Part shown: positions 40,886 to 54,900 of the stretch, one piece after another
How the letters are laid out: each line of letters starts with the position of its first letter
How positions within the stretch are numbered: the stretch's first letter is position 1
Assembly: GCF_006345805.1 (NCBI RefSeq)
Contig: NC_043001.1
Location: forward strand, 80,724,001 to 80,788,000
DNA length: 64,000 bases
Direction of reading: 5' to 3'
Source: Octopus sinensis
Taxonomy: Eukaryota
Made by a program: the position numbers and the translations under genes
The notes under the pieces: generated by a model
What the model saw: the letters and a program-made list of their open reading frames with translations, nothing else
Databases searched by the model: none
What the model was told of the DNA's origin: nothing

Positions 40886-42509
40886 TTATATGTATATATC
40901 TAATATAGTAGCTAACATTTGAGCTAGCATATGATGATATATCTCCCAGTGAATGATGTATGATTGCTCAGTAATGAGGGACAGAAGCACTGCAGTAAAT
41001 TTGTAGAAATAAGAAAGCAATATTCAAACAAATGCACATTGAAATGAAAAGTCATAAGGTACAAACAAGAGTATTGCATGCACACACACAGACACAGACA
41101 CACACACACACACACACACACACTCACTATCTGCAGGGGAAAAAATCCTACAATGTAGCTATTTTTGTTTTCATTATTTACAATTTAACTATGTACTGAT
41201 AAAAATTCCATAATACAGCTTATTATGGAGTTAATTTGTTTTTGTTATTTACAATTTATGTACAGATAAAAATTTTACAATGTATCTAATTTGTTTCTAG
41301 TATTTACAATTTTAATATGTACAAAGAATTTTATTCAATTTGATGACTATACATATGTATTTTCAGCCCTGAAGATGTTTTACACTGTCAATTATAAGCT
41401 ATACACATCCACACAATCACAACACAACGCACACTCACACAGACAGACAGAGATAGAGGGATAGATAGAGAGAGGTAGAGATAGATAGAGGGATATATAG
41501 AGAGATAGATTCATTCAATCCAGAGACGTGCCATTGAGGTAGGCAAGGTAGGTAGTGCCTACCTTGAATAAAATAGATTGATAGCAACATTTTCCTTTTA
41601 TGGCAAAATATGCACCTAATTCAATAAAACTATGAAGGATAGTCTGATTACTATGCATAAAAGGCAACATGTTTTATTTGTTTGTAGATAGGTAGGCATA
41701 ATTCAGCCCTGCTTTTCAATCTCAGTATTTAAGCTATGCATAGTACTGTTGTAGTACATGCGCTGAGAACATTTCTACAGCACTGTTTTCTTTATGTGCT
41801 ATAAAAGCAGAAAGAGATCTACCTACAACTCAGTCACATGTCTGCGTTTCAGTCATTTTTTTATGCGTTTTACTACATAAAAGTCACCAGCAGTCTACCC
41901 TAAGTAATTACTGATGGTACGTGCCTGATACATTTCAATCATTGGACTGCAGACGTGGACACTACCTTGAAGGATTTTAATTGAACAAATTAACTAAAGT
42001 ACTTTTATTTTTTCTAAAGTCTGGTACTTATTCTGTTGGTCTTGTTTTGCTGAAATGCTAAGTTACAGGGACATAAAGCACTACCAGCTGATGTGCATTT
42101 GGGAAGGGGGCAAAGAAACACAATTGCATGCAAATATACATAATTTATTCAAAAGGTGTCAAAATTATAATGATTTGGGGTTAACTGATGTGGGGTGAGC
42201 ATATCCACAAACATCCATTTTGTGATTTTCCAGTTTTCCATTTGTTCCTTCATCATCCTCATGTGCCACATTTTAGCATCATTTATAAATACACACACAC
42301 ACATGTAAAATTCTTGTTATGTGTGTAATAAACTAGGTGCTCCAGCATGACTGCAGTGACATGATTAAAAAGAGGAAGATAAGTACATATAATTTGTGCT
42401 CATGTTGACTTGCTGCCTAAAAGTCTACTTCTAATGTAAGAATAGAGTGCTACTCTTAATGTTGATTACCGATCATTTGCAAGGAAACGCACTGTCTGCA
42501 ATCTATCCT

Positions 42510-42543
<34 letters not shown>

Positions 42544-42762
42544 ATATATATATGCACGTGCATGCACACACACACACACACACTTGTATGTATGTATGTA
42601 TGTAAATATGTTTTTAAAAATGGTTATATTCTTATGTTTGAAGTCTATACAGTCATCTGACAAGAACAGTTCCTTTCAAATTGATGTAATGTTTTCATTA
42701 ATCAATTAAAGGAATTGCTTGAAACAGCCGTAATGAATTGACACCTGTACATCTTTGTTACT

Positions 42763-42795
<33 letters not shown>

Positions 42796-45162
42796 CATAC
42801 ACACTCACACAGGCTTCTTTCAGTTTCCATCTACCAGATTTACTCACAAGGCATTTCCTTTTTGTACTTCCTCCTCCCACTGACCTTATCTAGTTGGGTG
42901 GTCCCTCTCTCGCAAGAGCTAAGTAAAATTCCATTTCAGAAAGCTAGAGAGAGAAGGCATTTGCTGTTGATATATCAGAAATGCTCAAGCTCTGCTTTTT
43001 GCTAAACACCACCAATAACATTTGTGTGAGTATGTTACCAGTTCTGGGAGTGTGAAAATGGCATCTGTGATGCTCCCTTGTATTAGTGGATCAGAGAGGA
43101 GTGCTTAGTCTGTCTGTATACTTTTCACATAAATAAAAAAGTAAAAACAATCTTGAGTTGACCTGTCTCTGTGTACCTGACTGACTTCTTCTCATACCCC
43201 CACCTTAACATTCATATGAACACACACACACATACATACATGCACCCTCTTACACTACTTCAGATCTTATGTTGTATTCAACCATCCCATCTCCCACTGT
43301 TTTTGGAGTGTGTTTGTCCTCTTCACAACAAGCCTTTCATCTTTTCATCCCTCAGTTTTACAAAACTTCTTTCCCCACTCTATTACTAATTCTTTCTTCA
43401 TCTGTTCCCCCACTAATTCTCCTATCTTCAAAGGCACCACTCCTTCTACACCCCAACCTTACTGCTGCCACCTTCCACTCCAATTTCTCATTCATTTTTG
43501 TGTGCACCTTTTTGCTTTTTTGTTGTGTGTGTGCTTCATTCAAATTAACATCTTAAAAGCTAGTGAACACTCTCCATTGGTTGTTTCATTGGGTCTCATT
43601 TGTTTTTGTTTTTATTGTTCAAATTCTGGATAGCTCTGAACCAGCAGGTATCAATCATAATGATTAAAGACATGCCAGCCATGATCATCAAACCTGAATT
43701 TTTCAGAAATAGGCACTGGCATGTTGTGTGGTTATAAGAAGCTTGCTTTGCAACCACTGATTTCAAGTTCAATTGCCACTACTGCTCAGCGTCATCAAGA
43801 GGTTTCTTTTACTATAGCCTTGAGCTGCTCAATGTCTTGTAAGTGATAGACAAAAAGCTTTGTGGAAGCCTATCATGGTTAGGGTTAGCCTGTATGGTCA
43901 CAGTCCAATGACTAGTAAAAGATTGTGTGTGTTTGTATCATTTAGCTTTTACACCCATGGAAGGCAGATGTTAAACAATGATGATTTTTCAGTCAAAGAA
44001 GGGATTTTGTCACATGAATCAACAACAGCACTTTACTCTTTTAAAGCATAGTATTTGTGCTGAACTGCTAAGTTATGATAACATAAACCAACCAACACTA
44101 GTTGTCAAGTGGTAATGCTGATCAAACACACACACACACACACAATGGGCTTCTTTGTGTCCATTTACAAGGCTTTGATTGGCCTAGAACTATAGAAGAC
44201 ATTTGCCCAAAGTGCCACACAGTAGGACTGAACCTTGAACTATGTGGTTAGAAAGCAAACTTCTTACCACATAGCCATGCTTCAGAAAAGAAATTTATAA
44301 TTTGGCAGTTGAAATAAAGCCACATTTCCTCTCTAAATACCATAATTGGAAAAGACAGAAAGGAGAAAATGACAAAGAGGAAGCAGAACAGCAAAAAAGA
44401 AAAAAGAAAAAAGAGGTAAAAATTTGAAGATAGCTTTAAGCACAAGAAGAGGATGTTTGAAAAAGCTAAGAAAGTGAAGAGAGAGTTTATTAAAAAAATG
44501 AAATAGGGTGGAGCGGAGAAAATTATAAGAGATTATATTGAAGAGAATAAGGCGGTGATTTCGTGTATAAAAACATTAAAGATGTCATAACAGTATGAGT
44601 TTCTGTGTGTGGCGTGTAGAATAGGTACCTTTTCCTTATGTGCCAATGAGTAAATATATATATATATATATATATATATAATGTGTATATGATTGAAAGA
44701 GTGCTCGAATAAATAAGAAAGAATATGTGTGTGTCTGTCTGTTTTCCTTTTTTTTTTTTTTTGGTTGCATAGAAGTGAGTGAATCTGGGAGGAAAAATAC
44801 AAGGAGTAAAAAATCCATCTCTTTGTACGTTCGCACTTGTGTATATATGCATATATGTTTAAGTGAGAAAGATATCACTGAATAAAGAAATAGAGAGAGG
44901 GGGGGAAGAGAATGTAAAGAACCTCTGTGTGTGTGTGTGTGTTATTTCTGTGTCTCCTCGCACACAATGCACTTAATATAACAAGTTTACACTGTGGGTA
45001 GTAAGTCAGCACATTTAAGTGTAGTTCCCAAGTGTCTTCTTCTATAGACACAGGCTGAGCAAAGGCTTGTGAGTGGATCTGGTACACGGAAACCAAATGA
45101 ACCACCTCTCTTTTTCTCTTTCTCGCTCTCTCTCTTGTGTGGTTGGAAAGGAAGCTTCTTAA

Positions 45163-45378
45163 CCCTTTTAGCATTTAAACCAGCGATATCCAGCCAAAAT
45201 ATTCTCTGTTTTATGTTCAAACTGGCCAGATCTGGTCTCTCACACTTACCCTACATTGTCATTCTAAAAAATTAAGTTACTTCATCAAAGTCTCATAGCT
45301 ACAAGATAGTGTATGATTAATTCAAAACAATGGGAATAAACAAGTATTACTATTGACAGTAATGTACACACTAAAAAG
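45163..45378 (+). mobile_element. piggyBac-like MITE with TTAA flanks
   Basis: TTAA-CCCTTTTAGCATT at the left end and ACTAAAAAG-TTAA at the right. The same family recurs at about 48105-48697 (minus, split), 56620-56828 (minus), 59523-59690 (plus) and 60470-60678 (plus). Confidence 0.8.
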
Positions 45379-46014
45379 TTAATCACAGCGATGCGCACAC
45401 TCACACACACACACACACACACTCACATATATTGTGTATACCCTTGATTGTCTATGAGCATCACCATCATTCAAATGATGTCTTCCATGTAAACATGTTT
45501 GGCTATGGTGAAATATTACCTCACTTGGAAATATGTAAAGATTGGCATTCAGCTGCAGAAAATCTGCTTCAACTAATTTCATCTGATCCCCACAATCATG
45601 GAAACATGGATGTTAAAATGATGATGATGAATGAACCGAAGATCCACAAGTCAATACCCTTCCCAGCTTGTGCAAAATTTGGAAGGAATTTCTGTTTAAG
45701 TTTTAATCCTATACTTTCTTTTGTTAGAAATAATTGTTATATTGTAGTCAACCTACTCGAGCTGCAGTTTAACAACTATGTCTTGTCTAAATATAGAGCT
45801 TAACTAAAGGCACTGTAGTTATGACAAATCTACTTAAAGAAGTTCCTGTTGGCAAAGCAGGTTATTTTTGTAGGAGTTAGGTGTTTTCCGCTAACTGTTG
45901 ATTAATAGGAAGCCATGATAACTTCTGTTGAAGTAGGTGGGTAGACAGTGTAAATGTTGGCGTCAGCCTCTATACTAAAGTGTAAAAGAAATCATTATTA
46001 TTCTCAGGGTGACG

Positions 46015-47375
46015 AAGGTGACAAGCTGATAGAATCATTAGCACATGGGTCAAAATACTTAGCAACATTTCTTCTGGTTTTACATTGTGAGTTCAAACTC
46101 CACCAAAGTTGACTTTGCCTTTCATCCTTTCAATAAAATAAAGTGCAAATTGAACACTGGTAGAAGTAATCAAGTAGCTCCCTGCTCCTAAAATTACAGG
46201 CCTTGTTCCTATAGCAGAAAAAATTATCAGAATAGCTGAATGGCAGAAATACTAAAATACTTTAAGTTCTGAGTTCAAATTCTGTTATAGTTGACTTCTT
46301 TATTGATATCTACAAAATATGTACCAGTCAAATTCTAAAATTAACTATACCCTTCTTACCAGATGACAAAATTTGAGAAGCAGTGGATAAAATGCTAGCA
46401 GTATATTTAGCCACAGCTCTTTTACATTTTGAATTCAGATCACTCTAAGGTGGACTTTGCCTTTCATTGTGACTGAACTGGTCACATTTGATTGACTGTC
46501 CTCTTCCTTCACACAGATTCTGGTCATGTTTTCTATTAGAAATTATGAGGCACTGAATTGGTAGAATTGTTAGGATAAAAAGAAAAATGCTTTGTTGTAT
46601 TTGTTCTGGCTCTTGGCATTCTGATTTGAAATCTTGTCTTTCCAGGGTCAACAACAAAAATGTACTTTTTAAGTACTGGGATTGATGTAATGAACTAACT
46701 CCCACCTTCAAAATTTCAGACCTTAAAAGAATTATTGTTGTTGTTATTTTGTTAACATGCTGGACAAAATGATTTGTGGCATTTTGTCTATCTTTACATT
46801 CCAAGGTCAAATTCCACCAAGGTCGACTTTGCCTTTCATCTTTTCAGGGTCAATAGAATAAGAACCAGTCAAGCACTGGAGTCAATGTAATCAATTTAAC
46901 CACTTCCATTAAAATTGCTGGCCTTGTGCTAAAACTTGAAACCATTAGTATTATTATTAAGGCGGCAAGCTGGCAGAAATGTTAGCATGCCAGGCAATTT
47001 ACTTAGCGGTATTTCGGCGGCGAGCTGGCAGAAACGTTAGCACGCCGGGCGAAATGCTTAGCGGTATTTCGTCTGCGTTACGTTGTGAGTTCAAATTCCG
47101 CCGAGGTCGACTTTGCCTTTCATCCTTTCGGGGTCGATAAATTAAGTACCAGTTACGCACTGGGGTCGATGTAATCGACTTAATACCTATGTCTGTCCTT
47201 GTTTGTCCCCTCTGTGTTTAGCCCCTTGTGGGTAATAAAGAAATAGAAATAGGTATTTCGTTTGTTTTTATGTTCATTCCACTTAGGCCAACTTTGCCTT
47301 TCATCCTTTTGAGGTCAATGTAATCGACTAGCCCCTTCCCCCAAAATTTCAGGCCTTGTGCTTATAATAGAAAGG
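46015..47375 (+). mobile_element. Head-to-tail train of about 7 SINE-B copies
   Basis: Successive copies start near 46015, 46235, 46362, 46548, 46760, 46961 and 47016, all in the same orientation. Confidence 0.8.
47016..47251 (+). mobile_element. Very young full-length SINE-B nested in an older SINE-B
   Basis: Intact head ggcggcgagctggcagaaacg, about 18 CpGs, and TSD GGTATTTC at 47008-47015 and 47252-47259. Confidence 0.92.
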
Positions 47376-48237
47376 ATTATTATTATTATTACTGCTACTG
47401 TTGTGCCACTAAAAAATAATTTGTGTTGCTTTCACAGTAATAGCTGCTTTTAAGCTCTGACAGTTGAAATACTTGCTTATACATTCACACACACATTAAG
47501 ACTTTGACATACGCTAACGCATTCATCCTAAATGTAATGGTTCCTCAAAATTTAGAAGATAATATCTAGTTTACATTTCATCATATCTTTTTTTAAATTC
47601 TTTTACTAGCATGGCTACTTAGACAGAAAGAAATCCAGGTTTCACGTTTTCTTTCTGGTCTTTTTTATACTATTTAAAAAAATTTTTGTTTCCACTTGAA
47701 ACAAGAATAAACATAAAATTTCCTGAGATTCCGTTTGCCATTGTCATCTGAAACAGTCTGAATGTCTGTCAAGTTGTTGCTGCCAAGATGACTAGGCATC
47801 GCTGCCAAAGTGGTTATTTCTCTTTTTAATTAGTAAGTGGAAGCTTTATGTCCTGGTTGCATAGTTAATTTGTTATTTGGTCATGTGGAATGGTAAAGCA
47901 TATTAAAGCTACATAGAAAGTAGAGTACAGTAGTTAGCGGGGATATCATTTTCAAATGCATACTTTTAGTATACTTTCTTTTCTTTTTTCTTTTTTAAAT
48001 TATATCTGTTATATGTGAGCTGATCCACATAGGAAAGTTTGTGTAAAATTTCAGTATCATACAATCATGATTATCAACTTTTATTTTAATGTTGACCCCA
48101 ACTTTTATCCTTTACCATTCAGATTATAAATCAATAATAATGCTTATTTATTCACATTGTTTTGAATTAATCATATATTATCTTGTAGCCTTGCAATTTC
48201 AATAACTTTACTGTATATTTTTAGAATGTCATATCTC

Positions 48238-48300
<63 letters not shown>

Positions 48301-49129
48301 CTCTATATATATACACCAACTTTCTCATCTATATATATATATATATATATATATGGGCTTCTTTCAGTTTCTGTCTACTAAATCCACTCACAAGGCTTTG
48401 GTTAGCCCGAGGCTATTGTACAAGACACTTGCCCAAGGTGCCATGCAATAAGACAGAACCTAGAACCATATGGCGGGGAAGCAAGCTTCTTACCACACAG
48501 CCATGCTTGTGCCTTATCCACATTGTTTTGAATTAATCAAGCATTATCTCAATAGCTTCAAGATTTCAATGAACTGATTCTTTAGTTTTACAGTGACATT
48601 ATAGGGTAAGTGTGAGAGTCTGCAACTGGTTGGTTTGAACATAAAACAGGTAGGATATTTTGGCTGGAGGTGCCTGGTTCAAATACTAAAGGGTTAATTT
48701 AGATAAAGAGTGTGGAACCTTTGGTACTATACATTGGTACCAAGTTCAGGTAATGGTATAGTTTTCAGTTTAAAGATGTTAAATTGTGTGATAGTTCTAA
48801 ATGAGTGTCACTGTCATACAAGTTTTCATTCATTTCCAATATTCTGTGAAAACCATGTTTGACCATGGGAAAGTATTACCTTTCATGGGAAATATCTTTT
48901 ATCATTTGCTTGTTTTAATTATTAGACTGGCCATGCTGAGGCATCACCTTGAAAGGTTTTAGTCAAACAAGTCAAGTCCAGTACTTATAGTTTTTATTAT
49001 TCTACCAGTCGCTTTCTGCCAAACTGCTAGCTTACAGAGATGTAAACAAACCAACACTAAGTCGTCAAGCAATAGTGGGGCTAAATACAAGCACAAAGAT
49101 ACACAAACATGTAGATACATACATATATA

Positions 49130-49360
49130 TATTTCTTTACTACCCACAAGGGGCTAAACATAGAAGGGACAAACAAGGACAGACAAAGAGATTAAGTCTA
49201 TTACATCGACCCCAGTGCGTAACTGGTACTTAATTTATCAACCCTGAAAGGATGAAAGGCAAAGTCAACCTTGGCGGAATTTGAACCCAGAACGTAACGA
49301 CAGACGAAATACGGCTACGCATTTCGCCCGGAGTGCTAACGTTTCTGCCAGCTCGCCGCC
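49130..49360 (-). mobile_element. Young full-length SINE-B inserted in SINE-A
   Basis: Reverse complement of the 47016 copy with partial CpG decay (about 13 CpGs). Confidence 0.9.
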
Positions 49361-52014
49361 TTGATTGGCTTATTTCAGTTTCCATCTACCAAATTTGCTC
49401 CCAAGGCTTCTGTTGGCCCAGGGCTGGGACTGAACCCAGAACCATGTGGTTAGGGTGCAAGCTTCTTTCCACAGAGCTATGCCTGGTGAAATATTACCAA
49501 ATGGAGGGTAGGTGGCAGGAAGTGCATCTGGCAGTAAAAATTCTGCCTCAATAAAACTCCATCCAACTCCTACAAACTAGGAAAAGTAGGTGTTATAATG
49601 ATGATGATCATCATCATATACTTAACATTTCATCTAGCCGACTTATGTTAAGTAGCTATATGAAGTATGTGCAAACTCTTGCCATGAGGCTACAAAGTTT
49701 AGGTACCAGAATAGAACCTTTGTGTCTGTACTTCAGTCTAAGGAACCAGCAGGCGCTATTCTTTATCTCTGTTTTCCACTCTCTGAACTTTCTTTGTTTG
49801 TATGCACACTTATAAACACAGACACAAATACAGGGACAATCGGTTTCTTCTCATTCTGCTACTTATTTAAGTATCAAATTTTAATACTTAAGTGGTATAT
49901 TTTGGCTGGTACCTAGTTTTGGGTTTCAATTCTGAAGGGGTGAGTGTGTGATGTGAAGGTTGTACTAGAATTTCGTCACTCATCTGTTCATTCGTTCATT
50001 TATTCATTTTATCTTTTACTTGTTTCTGTCATTGGACTGCGACCATGCTGGCACCATACCTTAAAGTGTTTAGTTGCACAAATCAGCCCCAGTACTCATT
50101 TTTATATTTTTAAAGTCTGGTGTTTACTCTATCACTCTCTTTTGTTGAACTGCTAAGTTACAGAGATGTAGACAAGGTGACAATGGTTGTCAAGCAATGG
50201 TGGTGGTGATGGGGGTGGGGAACAGAATGCAAAGATATACACGCATATATACAATACTACATGATACTGACTTATAAAAGTGTTTAGTATACTTTGTAGC
50301 ATATTGTGGTTGCATAACGAAATACTGTGTACCAACAAGTCATTAATATTGACATATCAGCTTCAAGGAATGTGTTTAATATGTAAATTGGTATGTCCAA
50401 TAACGAGGACTATAGTAGACACTTGCCCAAAGTGCCATGAGGTGAGACTGAACCTGGAACTGTGTTTAGAGTCTATAGTGATGAGGGAGGAGATATCAGT
50501 TGGATGTCTCTTTTACTTGTTTCAATCACTGAACTGTGGCCATGCTGAGCACCACTTAAAAGGATTTAGTTGAACTTATCAACCCAGGACATATCTTTAA
50601 GCCTGTTACTTATTATTTTATCAGTCTCTTTTGCTGAATCACTAAGTTACAGGGGACATAAACAGATGAACAACAGCAGTGTTCAGCTGTACTAAACTGG
50701 AGCCCAGTGCAGCCCTGCGACTTACTGGTTCCAGTCAAACCATCTAATCCATTCCAGCATGGAAAACAGATGCTAAATAATGATGATGATTGTCAAGTGT
50801 TGGTGAAGAACAAACACAATGACAGACACACACATATATGGTGGGCTTCCACACAGTTTCCATCTGTCAAATTCACTCTCATGGCATTTGTTGGCCTAGA
50901 GCTTTAGTAGTAGACACTTATCCTAGGTGCCGTGCAGTGTGGCTGAACCTGAAACCACACAGTTTCAAGTTCAAAATGAGCTTCTTAACCATAGAGCCAA
51001 TTTTATTTTTGTTTTGTTTTTATTTTAATTATATCATCAAAATTATTTTGTTACGGATAACTTAACAACTGTGTTAACACCCTGTAGCCATAACAAAAAC
51101 ACTTGCGTAACATCCTGTATTTTGATGGTCTTTTGACAAAAAACAATCAAAAAAATATTAACACGCAATGAATGCCATGATGTCATATCATGTGTGATAA
51201 AAAATATACCACACCTTCTGTTCTCATTTATTTTTATATTTATTGCGCAGAAAAATTTTGTTCATCTTTCTCGCTTCTCTTTCAAATAAAATAAAAATTT
51301 ACTGCTCCAGCATCACCACCACCACCTAAAAACAATATAATTTGGTAAAATGATACCAAAAAAATCATTTGATATTTTCATCAGTGAACTGTTATGATTT
51401 TCAACAAAAGATTCGAACAAGTGTTTATTTTCTATAATAATAATAAATAATAATAATAATAATTGTATTATTAATTGTAATAATAATAATGATAATAACA
51501 GTAAATGTTAATAAAATTTTATATTATTATATCATTATAATTTTACTTGTTTTGTGATTGCTGTTTGTTTTGTCTTTTTACATACTGTTTATTATTATAT
51601 AACATTATTATTATTATTACCATTATTATTTTCATCATTATTATTATTAGTTTTATTGTTTAGTCTTTGAAGATATCATTGTCACCTTGTTATTGCTTTA
51701 CTGTATAGAACAATGGCTGGGAAATTTAAATTGAAAGATAATTGAAAAAGTAAAAAGAAAGACAAGTAAAAAAATTAAAGGAAAAGAATAAAAAGTCCAA
51801 AGTCAGCTACTTCTCGAAGACTTTGATATAAACACTTGATAGATCTTGTTACTGGTAGTGATGATAGTGATGAAGATAATTAAAAGCAAGATTTTTATTT
51901 CATAATTTTTGAGCCAATCTATTCTAGAAGTTTATTATTTTGAATTAAAATTTTTTCTTTTTCGGCTGAAGTAACGCTGTATTCCATTCCTGATGACGAT
52001 GATGATGATAGTAA

Positions 52015-53150
52015 TAATTCCTTTCTAATATAGGCACAGGGTCTGAAATTTTGAGGTAGTTAGTTAGTTGATTACCTTGACCTCAGTGCTTGATTGATTC
52101 TTATTTTATCAGCCGTGGAAGATGAAAGGCAAAGTTGACCTCAGTAGAATTTTAACTCAAAATGTAACACCAGAGGAAATACTGTTGAGCATTTCATGTG
52201 GTGAGCTTAATGGTTCTGCCAGCTCACTTCCTTAATTCTTTCTGTGATTGGCATGAGGCCTGAAATTTAGTGAGAGGGACTAGTTAGTTACATCGACCCC
52301 TGCACTCAACTGGTATTTTATCAACCCAGAAAGGAAGAAAGGTGAAGTAGACTCAACAGGATTAGAACTCAGAACATAAGGAGTCGGAATAAATGCCACT
52401 AAGCATTTGGTCCTATGTGCAAATGATTCTGCCAGGTTGCCACTTTTTAAATAATAAAAATAATAATTTCAAATTTTGGTACAAGGCCAGTAATTTCAGG
52501 GGAGGAGTATGTTGATTACAGCAACCCCAGTGTTCAACTAGTACATACTTTATCAACTCCGAAAGGATGAAAGGCCAAGTCGACCTTGGTAGCATTTGAC
52601 AGACAAAACACCATGCTAGCAATTCTGCCAGCTTGCCATCTTTTTAATGATAATAATAATGGTTTCAAATTTTAGCATGAAGCCAGCAATTTTAGGGGCA
52701 ATGGGTTAGTTGATTATATAGACTGGTACTTTTTATTGATTCCAGAAGGATGAAAGGCAAAGTTAACCCTGGCTGAATTTGAATTCAGAATTTGAAAAAA
52801 TATCAGAAGTTTCAAATAGCCATTTTGTGACTTGCTAACAATTCTGCCAGCTTGTTGCCCTAATAATGATGGAAGGCAAAGTTGAACTCAAAACAAGAAG
52901 TCAGTCAAAATGCTGCTAAACAGTTTGCCCAGCATGCCACCTTGACTAATAATAAGGATAATAATGTTTCTAATTGAGGCACAAGGCCAGCATCTTTGGC
53001 ATAAGTGTTTACTTATTACCAATAGATCTGGTACTTTATTTTATTGATCTCAGGGGAATGAAAGACAATGTTGATTTCAGCAGGGTTTGAACTCAGAGTG
53101 TAAAAACCTGGATTGAAATAATGCTCAAATGATTCTGCCAGCTTGCAACC
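52015..53150 (-). mobile_element. Head-to-tail train of about 6 decayed SINE-B copies
   Basis: Repeated order aggcc..aaattt / atgaaaggcaaagt / ttgaactcag / ttctgccagc, all on the minus strand and separated by (TAA)n. Confidence 0.8.
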
Positions 53151-53198
53151 TATACTACTACTACTGCTACTACTATTGCTGCTACCACCACCACCACC

Positions 53199-53207
<9 letters not shown>

Positions 53208-53253
<46 letters not shown>

Positions 53254-53297
53254 GTAGTAGTAGTAGTAGTAGTAGTAGCAGTAGTAGTAGTAGTAGT
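53208..53297. repeat. (CTA)n(TAG)n near-perfect 90-bp palindrome
   Basis: 45-bp arms centred on CT|AG at 53252/53253, with one mismatch at 53279. Confidence 0.92.
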
Positions 53298-53689
53298 ATT
53301 GGCAAAAAAAAAAACAGGCGAAAATAAGTGATATGTTTGCATATAGGAATTCAAGCATGTGTACGTTTATATTTTGGTGGGGCCAGAAGGGTTTTATTGT
53401 GGTCATGGGGTGAGTGAATAAACTCTTTGGACTGTGAGATTGGTGTCTGCTGCTGTAGTCTTTTTGTATTGGGGTGAATGACACGGAGTTGTAATGTTCC
53501 TGTTGCATGAAATGATGATGAAGGAATATACCTGCACAGATGTGTGGTTAGAAGTTTGCTTCCAAACCACATTGTCTTGGGTCCAGTCCCACTCTAAGAC
53601 ACCTTGGGCTGGACAAGTGTTTTCTACTTCATCCCCAGGCTGACCAAAGCCTTGTGAGTGGATTTGGTTGGCAGAAACTGAAAGAAGTC

Positions 53690-53888
53690 AGCGAGCGGGT
53701 GAAATACTTAGTGGTATTTCATCTGCCACTGAGTTCAAATTCCGTTGAGGTCGACTTTGCCTTTCATCCTTTTGGGGTCAATAAATTAAGTACCAGTTAC
53801 ATACTGGGTCGATGTAATTGACTTAATCCCTTTCTCTGTCCTTATTTGTTCCCTCTGTGTTTAGCCCGATATGGGCAATAAAGAAATA
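53690..53888 (+). mobile_element. 5'-truncated SINE-B inserted in SINE-A with 17-bp TSD
   Basis: AGAAACTGAAAGAAGTC at 53673-53689 and 53889-53905. About 6 CpGs remain. Confidence 0.92.
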
Positions 53889-54529
53889 AGAAACTGAAAG
53901 AAGTCTATATATATATGTGTGTGTGTGTGTGTTACTATTCCCTTGCCTTGACTTTATGTGTTAGTTATAAGTGTATATCAACAACATGCAATTTGTATTC
54001 TTGATTTCCAATCTTTTGTGGAAACAGCTGTTCATGGGGAATACTACGTTATTTGAAAACAACTGAGGGTTGGTGACAGAAAGGACATCCAGCTATGGAA
54101 AATCTAACTTGAAATATTCTATCTTACCTATTGCAAAAAAGTGGATGTTAAACAATAGTGATATGTATAACCCTAAATCACTGGAGCTGTTAGGTTCCTT
54201 GAGGTTATCATTGCTCTGCAAAAATAAACTGTAAAAAAAAATCCAAGACAGTCCTGAAAAGGATAAATATATTTACTAGACTCATGAAATATGTCTTTTT
54301 TGGTTGAAAAAAAACAATAAGTACAATTTGAGCACTGGGTTGATGTAATTGACTTACCTGTTCCCCTTAAAATTGCTGGCCTTGTGCAAACATTTGAAAC
54401 CAATATTCTTACTGCAGTGATAGTTATAATGATGATAGTGATGACATAAATACCAAAGTTGTTATTAAATAGAATTACATTATGCATTTAATTTTGTTAT
54501 GAATAAATTATCTATTATAATTCTTTAAA

Positions 54530-54900
54530 TACTCTCCCCCATGTATCCCTCTCCTCCTCCTTTTTTTCTTCTCCACCTCCTCTGTTTCATGTACATTTTC
54601 CTCTTCATCTCACCACCATACCTCTCCCTTTCTTTTTCTTTTTCATTCCTTCCCTCATTATTCCTCTATCCTTCTCTCTTTCGCTCTCTCTTTTCATTCC
54701 TTTCCCCCATTATTTCTCTACCCTTCTCTCTCTCTGTCTACCTCTCCGTCTCTCTTTCTCTTTGCTCCTGTCTATTCATATCTCCCTCTCTGTTTCTCTT
54801 TCATATATACACTTTCCACTTCCATCATAGTCTTCTTTATTCATCCTTCCCTCGTCCTCCTCATTCCCACCCCATTACTACCATTTTTCACTCTCTCTTG
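54530..54900. repeat. Long polypyrimidine (CT-rich) low-complexity tract
   Basis: About 370 bp almost entirely C/T, followed by degenerate (CCA)n at about 55080-55320. Confidence 0.9.

Noticed and set aside
42883-43030. Plus-strand acceptor with CTGAC branch point
   Set aside because: An in-frame stop precedes any good donor and it abuts a SINE fragment; at most a cryptic exon.
44269-44415. Lys/Glu-rich plus-strand exon-like segment (..GENDKEEAEQQKRKKKKE)
   Set aside because: Purine-rich low complexity, weak splice sites, and phase incompatible with the candidate first exon.
54345-54375. Minus-strand CAG|GTAAGT
   Set aside because: Lies within a SINE-B copy with no pyrimidine tract.
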